A DNA stretch of 64,000 nt, taken from positions 192,001 through 256,000 of the forward strand of contig CAVSIV010000006.1 of NCBI GenBank assembly GCA_963728205.1, in the 5' to 3' direction. The DNA is from an uncultured Chloroflexia bacterium (GTDB taxonomy: Bacteria > Chloroflexota > Dehalococcoidia > UBA2979). Of this stretch, positions 60,961 through 64,000 are shown in pieces (positions within the stretch are counted from its first letter, which is position 1; every line of letters begins with the position of its first letter). Below the pieces are notes generated by a model. That model saw only the letters and a program-made list of their open reading frames with translations, had not been told where the DNA came from and did not search any database. Position numbers and translations under genes: made by a program.

Positions 60961-61204
60961 CCCCGCCGGGAGCAGTCGTCCAGGCCAGAGGGGCGGGTCC
61001 AGGCGGACCCGCCCCTCACGCATCCGGGTTGCAGTATCGTTCCGTCGCTCCGGGCGGCGGGCGTCACGGCCGATATGGTTCGATATCATACCGAGCCGGA
61101 CGTCGGCGCCCTGTAGGCTCCACGCGTGCGCGACGCGCCCGGCGGCGGCGCGTCGTACGAATGCCCGAGGCGCGGGCGGCGCTTCTCGCTCGGAGGACGC
61201 GACG

Positions 61205-61735
61205 TTGACCGGCCAACCGGCACGGCTCTCCGCCAGCGATCGGCACGCGGCGACCGGCCCGCGCCGGCTCGCCGTGCTGTCGCTCGTCGCTGCCGGCCGT
61301 TCCGACCAGGAGATTGCCGACTCCCTCGCCCTGAGCCCCGAAGCGGTCGAGTCCGAGCTGATGAGCCTGCTGGGTCTGTTCGACGTCCCCGACCGCAAGG
61401 CGCTCGTGGCATCGGCGCGGCGCTATCAGGCCGTGCCCGACGCGGAGGGCCGCGACGCCATGCTCGTGATGCGCTGGAGCCTCGAGGAGGTGATCGGCGC
61501 GACCGCCTACGGCACGCTCCTCCGTCGCGCAGCCAAGCACGCGGATGTGCCGGTGAGCGCCACCGGTCCGCCCGCGGCGGAGTTGACGGACGACGACGCG
61601 CACCACCTGATCCGCGCGCTCTGGCCGCTGCTCGCGGAGTTCGGTGGGCAAGTCCTGACCGGACGGTTGGAGTCCCTGGGGTTCCAGGCCGGGGGAGACT
61701 TCGCAACGGGGGAACTCGCGCGATGGACGGAGTGA
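61205..61735 (+). CDS. LuxR-type HTH protein with an uncharacterised C-terminal domain
   Basis: VLSLVAAGRSDQEIADSLALSPEAVES; GGAGG before TTG; overlaps the KaiC-like gene. Confidence 0.7.
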   Translation: MTGQPARLSASDRHAATGPRRLAVLSLVAAGRSDQEIADSLALSPEAVESELMSLLGLFDVPDRKALVASARRYQAVPDAEGRDAMLVMRWSLEEVIGATAYGTLLRRAAKHADVPVSATGPPAAELTDDDAHHLIRALWPLLAEFGGQVLTGRLESLGFQAGGDFATGELARWTE

Positions 61736-63216
61736 CGACGGGGAGTCCCGCGACGAACGGAGCGCACGAGCCGCTCGACCGCATGCCGACGGGCATCGCC
61801 GAGTTCGACGTCATGACCGGCGGCGGCATCCCCGCGCGGTCGCTCACGGTCGTCACGGGCGCGCCGGGCGCCGGCAAGACGGTCTTCACGATGCAGGTGA
61901 TGTTCGCGCAGGCGCTCCGCGGCAAGCGCTGCGTCTACTTCACCACGCTGTCGGAACCCGCCATCAAGCTGATCCGCTTCATGCAGGCCTTCGCGTTCTT
62001 CGACGCGTCGCTGGTCGGAGACCGCGTGCGGTTCATCGACCTCGGCGGCCCGCTGATCGAGCATGGCGCCGAGCAGGCGCTGCGCATCGTGCGCGAGCAC
62101 CTCGAGCAGGACGAGCCGGACTTCGTCGTGTTCGACAGCTTCAAGGCGATCCACGACCTCGCCGGCGCCGACCCGGCCCAGCGCCGCACCATGATCCACG
62201 AGCTCGCGATCTCGCTGGCAGGCTGGGGGACGACGTCGTTCCTGGTCGGCGAGTACGAGCCGGGGGACCTCACGCGGCTGCCCGAGTTCGCGATCGCCGA
62301 CGGCGTCATTCAGCTGTCGAACGAGCGCCAGGACCTCACGCGCGTGCGCGGGCTCGAGATCGTGAAGCTGCGCGGCGCGCAGTACGTCTCGGGGCTGCAC
62401 TTCTTCGAGATCACGCCCGACGGTCTCCAGATCTACCCGCGCGTGCGCGCCTCCGACGGCTCGCACGAGGAAGCGGACGCCGCGTGGAACCCGGAGCGGC
62501 TCGCGACCGGCCTGCCCGGGCTCGACGACATGCTCACCGGCGGGTTCCCGCAGCAGAGCGTCACGCTGATCGAGGGCGGCACGGGCACGGGGAAGACCCT
62601 GCTCTCGCTGCGCTTTCTGCTCGAGGGCGCCCGGCGCGGCGAGCCCACCATCCACTTCGGGCTCGAGGAGCAGCCGACGCACCTCCGACGTGCCGCCGAC
62701 GCGTTCGGGTGGGATCTCGCCCGGTACCAGGCCGAGGGGACGCTGCACTTCGTGCACACACCACCGGTCGAGCTCAACCCCGACCGCTTCCTCGGCCAGG
62801 CCCTCGCGGTGGTGCGCGATACGGGCGCGCGCCGCGTCGTGTTCGACAGCGCCTCCGCGCTGGCGCTCGGCGTGCCATCGGAGCGTCGCTTCCGCGAGCT
62901 GATGCACGCCCTGACCAGCCGACTGCGCGAGTGCTCGGTGACCACGGCGCTCACACTCGAGATCCCGGAGCTGCTGGGGTCGGCGCAACTGGGCGGGCAG
63001 GGCCTGTCATCCATCGCCGACAACGTGATCCTGCTGCACTACATCGAGATGGAGGGCCAGCTGGCCCGCGCGGTGGCGGTGCTGAAGGCGCGCGGCACGG
63101 CGCACGACACCCGGCTGCACGAGCTCAGGATCACCGGCGACGGACCGCAGGTCGGCGCCCCGCTGGCCTCCCTGCGCGGCGTCCTCACCGGGCTGCCGCA
63201 GCCGATCGAGGGTTGA
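61723..63216 (+). CDS. Double-domain KaiC/RAD55-like ATPase
   Basis: Two RecA-like domains: GAPGAGKT and GGTGTGKT, FDS Walker B, VKLRG/LKARG, SSIADNVILL. Confidence 0.92.
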   Translation: MDGVTTGSPATNGAHEPLDRMPTGIAEFDVMTGGGIPARSLTVVTGAPGAGKTVFTMQVMFAQALRGKRCVYFTTLSEPAIKLIRFMQAFAFFDASLVGDRVRFIDLGGPLIEHGAEQALRIVREHLEQDEPDFVVFDSFKAIHDLAGADPAQRRTMIHELAISLAGWGTTSFLVGEYEPGDLTRLPEFAIADGVIQLSNERQDLTRVRGLEIVKLRGAQYVSGLHFFEITPDGLQIYPRVRASDGSHEEADAAWNPERLATGLPGLDDMLTGGFPQQSVTLIEGGTGTGKTLLSLRFLLEGARRGEPTIHFGLEEQPTHLRRAADAFGWDLARYQAEGTLHFVHTPPVELNPDRFLGQALAVVRDTGARRVVFDSASALALGVPSERRFRELMHALTSRLRECSVTTALTLEIPELLGSAQLGGQGLSSIADNVILLHYIEMEGQLARAVAVLKARGTAHDTRLHELRITGDGPQVGAPLASLRGVLTGLPQPIEG

Positions 63217-63243
63217 CGCGCGCCGCGCAACGCGGAGCGGCGG

Positions 63244-63462
63244 CTACTCCTCGCAGCCGGCTTCGCGCAGCGCCTGCTCCAGGTTGCGAATGCGCTCGTA
63301 GACGTCCTGGTTGACCTCGGGCGTGGGGGTGACGATTTGAGCGCCCTGTGCGCCCTGGAAGCCCGTGCGCTCCGACGGCGGCTCGATCGATGCCTGCGCG
63401 GCCTCGAGCGCCGCGCGGAGTTCCTCGCAGGTCCGGTCGTTGGCTTTCTGGGGGTTCGGCAT
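63244..63462 (-). CDS. Small hypothetical protein (72 aa)
   Basis: Strong GAGGAGG RBS; MPNPQKANDRTCEELRAAL...LREAGCEE. Confidence 0.6.
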   Translation of the reverse strand: MPNPQKANDRTCEELRAALEAAQASIEPPSERTGFQGAQGAQIVTPTPEVNQDVYERIRNLEQALREAGCEE

Positions 63463-63522
63463 GAGGTGAATCCTCCTCATCTCGACCGTACCCCGGCGCC
63501 GCAAGCGCGTTCGCGGACCCAC

Positions 63523-63607
63523 AGCGGTGGCAGACATGCCGCCGACAGGCGCCCACGCAGTCCGCGGCTGGCGCCTCGGTCCTGCCGGCGGCATATCTGC
63601 CGCCGCT
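63523..63607. repeat. REP-like family B, inverted pair
   Basis: AGCGGTGGCAGACATGCCGCCGACA and inverted CCGGCGGCATATCTGCCGCCGCT. Confidence 0.75.
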
Positions 63608-63651
63608 GGGGCGCCTGAGGCCGGTCTGGGCGCGCGTGCCGGCGCTCTCGG

Positions 63652-64000
63652 TCAGCGCACCCGCTCCAGCGCGGCGCGCAGCCGCATCGGGCGGTGGGGC
63701 AGGGGGAAGCGTCGCGACGGATCCGGGCAAACCTGGCGGTCGCGGAGCGTCTCGAGCATGAGGCGCGACTCGCGGCGCGGCAGGCGCGCCAGCGTCCACC
63801 CAAGCTGCTCTTCGACGCGCTCACCCCAGCCCGGCAGCGGCACGTAGACGCGGCGCTTGCCGCTGATGCGCCCCCACTCGCGCACGACGCGACCGAACGT
63901 CGTGCGCTCCGCGCCGCAGATGTCGAAGGCGCGGCCGGCGTATTCCGGCTCGTCGATCGCCATGCCCAGCGCCTCCACGACGTCCACCAGCGCGACCGGC
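63652..64000 (-). CDS. 3' end of an NAD(P)-binding atypical SDR (5' end beyond the window)
   Basis: ...DVVEALGMAIDEPEYAGRAFDICGAERTTF... Confidence 0.6.
   Translation of the reverse strand, partial: PVALVDVVEALGMAIDEPEYAGRAFDICGAERTTFGRVVREWGRISGKRRVYVPLPGWGERVEEQLGWTLARLPRRESRLMLETLRDRQVCPDPSRRFPLPHRPMRLRAALERVR

Noticed and set aside
61723-63216. Circadian clock kaiC
   Set aside because: No kaiA or kaiB nearby and the phosphorylation and catalytic motifs are divergent; called KaiC-like only.

Overview
GC-rich bacterial genomic window. The gene content (many CaiB/BaiF CoA-transferases, acyl-CoA dehydrogenases, enoyl-CoA hydratases, SDRs, Tat-exported family-5 ABC solute-binding lipoproteins, many apparently leaderless genes) suggests a Chloroflexota/Dehalococcoidia-like genome; this taxonomy is inference. 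A visibly lower-GC accessory block (~2.3-3.2 kb and ~4.6-12.3 kb) carries many frameshifts. It contains a MalT-like NTPase/TPR/wHTH-BTAD regulator, then a SARP-type direct-repeat promoter, an unannotated 38-aa hydrophobic peptide ending VFIWGM, a terminator, a long inverted repeat and an HDOD gene. A second unannotated small ORF 5.5 kb away has the same VFIWGM motif. Together these are the best candidate for an undescribed peptide-signalling system. Other notable items: a UGSC-type selenoprotein split by an in-frame TGA with a candidate SECIS, in an operon with a CxxC redoxin fusion; an inactivated RAYT/Y1 transposase flanked by REP repeats; two further REP-like families; a LuxR-HTH fusion coupled to a double-domain KaiC-like ATPase; a VapBC pair; and a membrane-anchored Mrr-like nuclease. 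I saw no rRNA, tRNA or CRISPR array.
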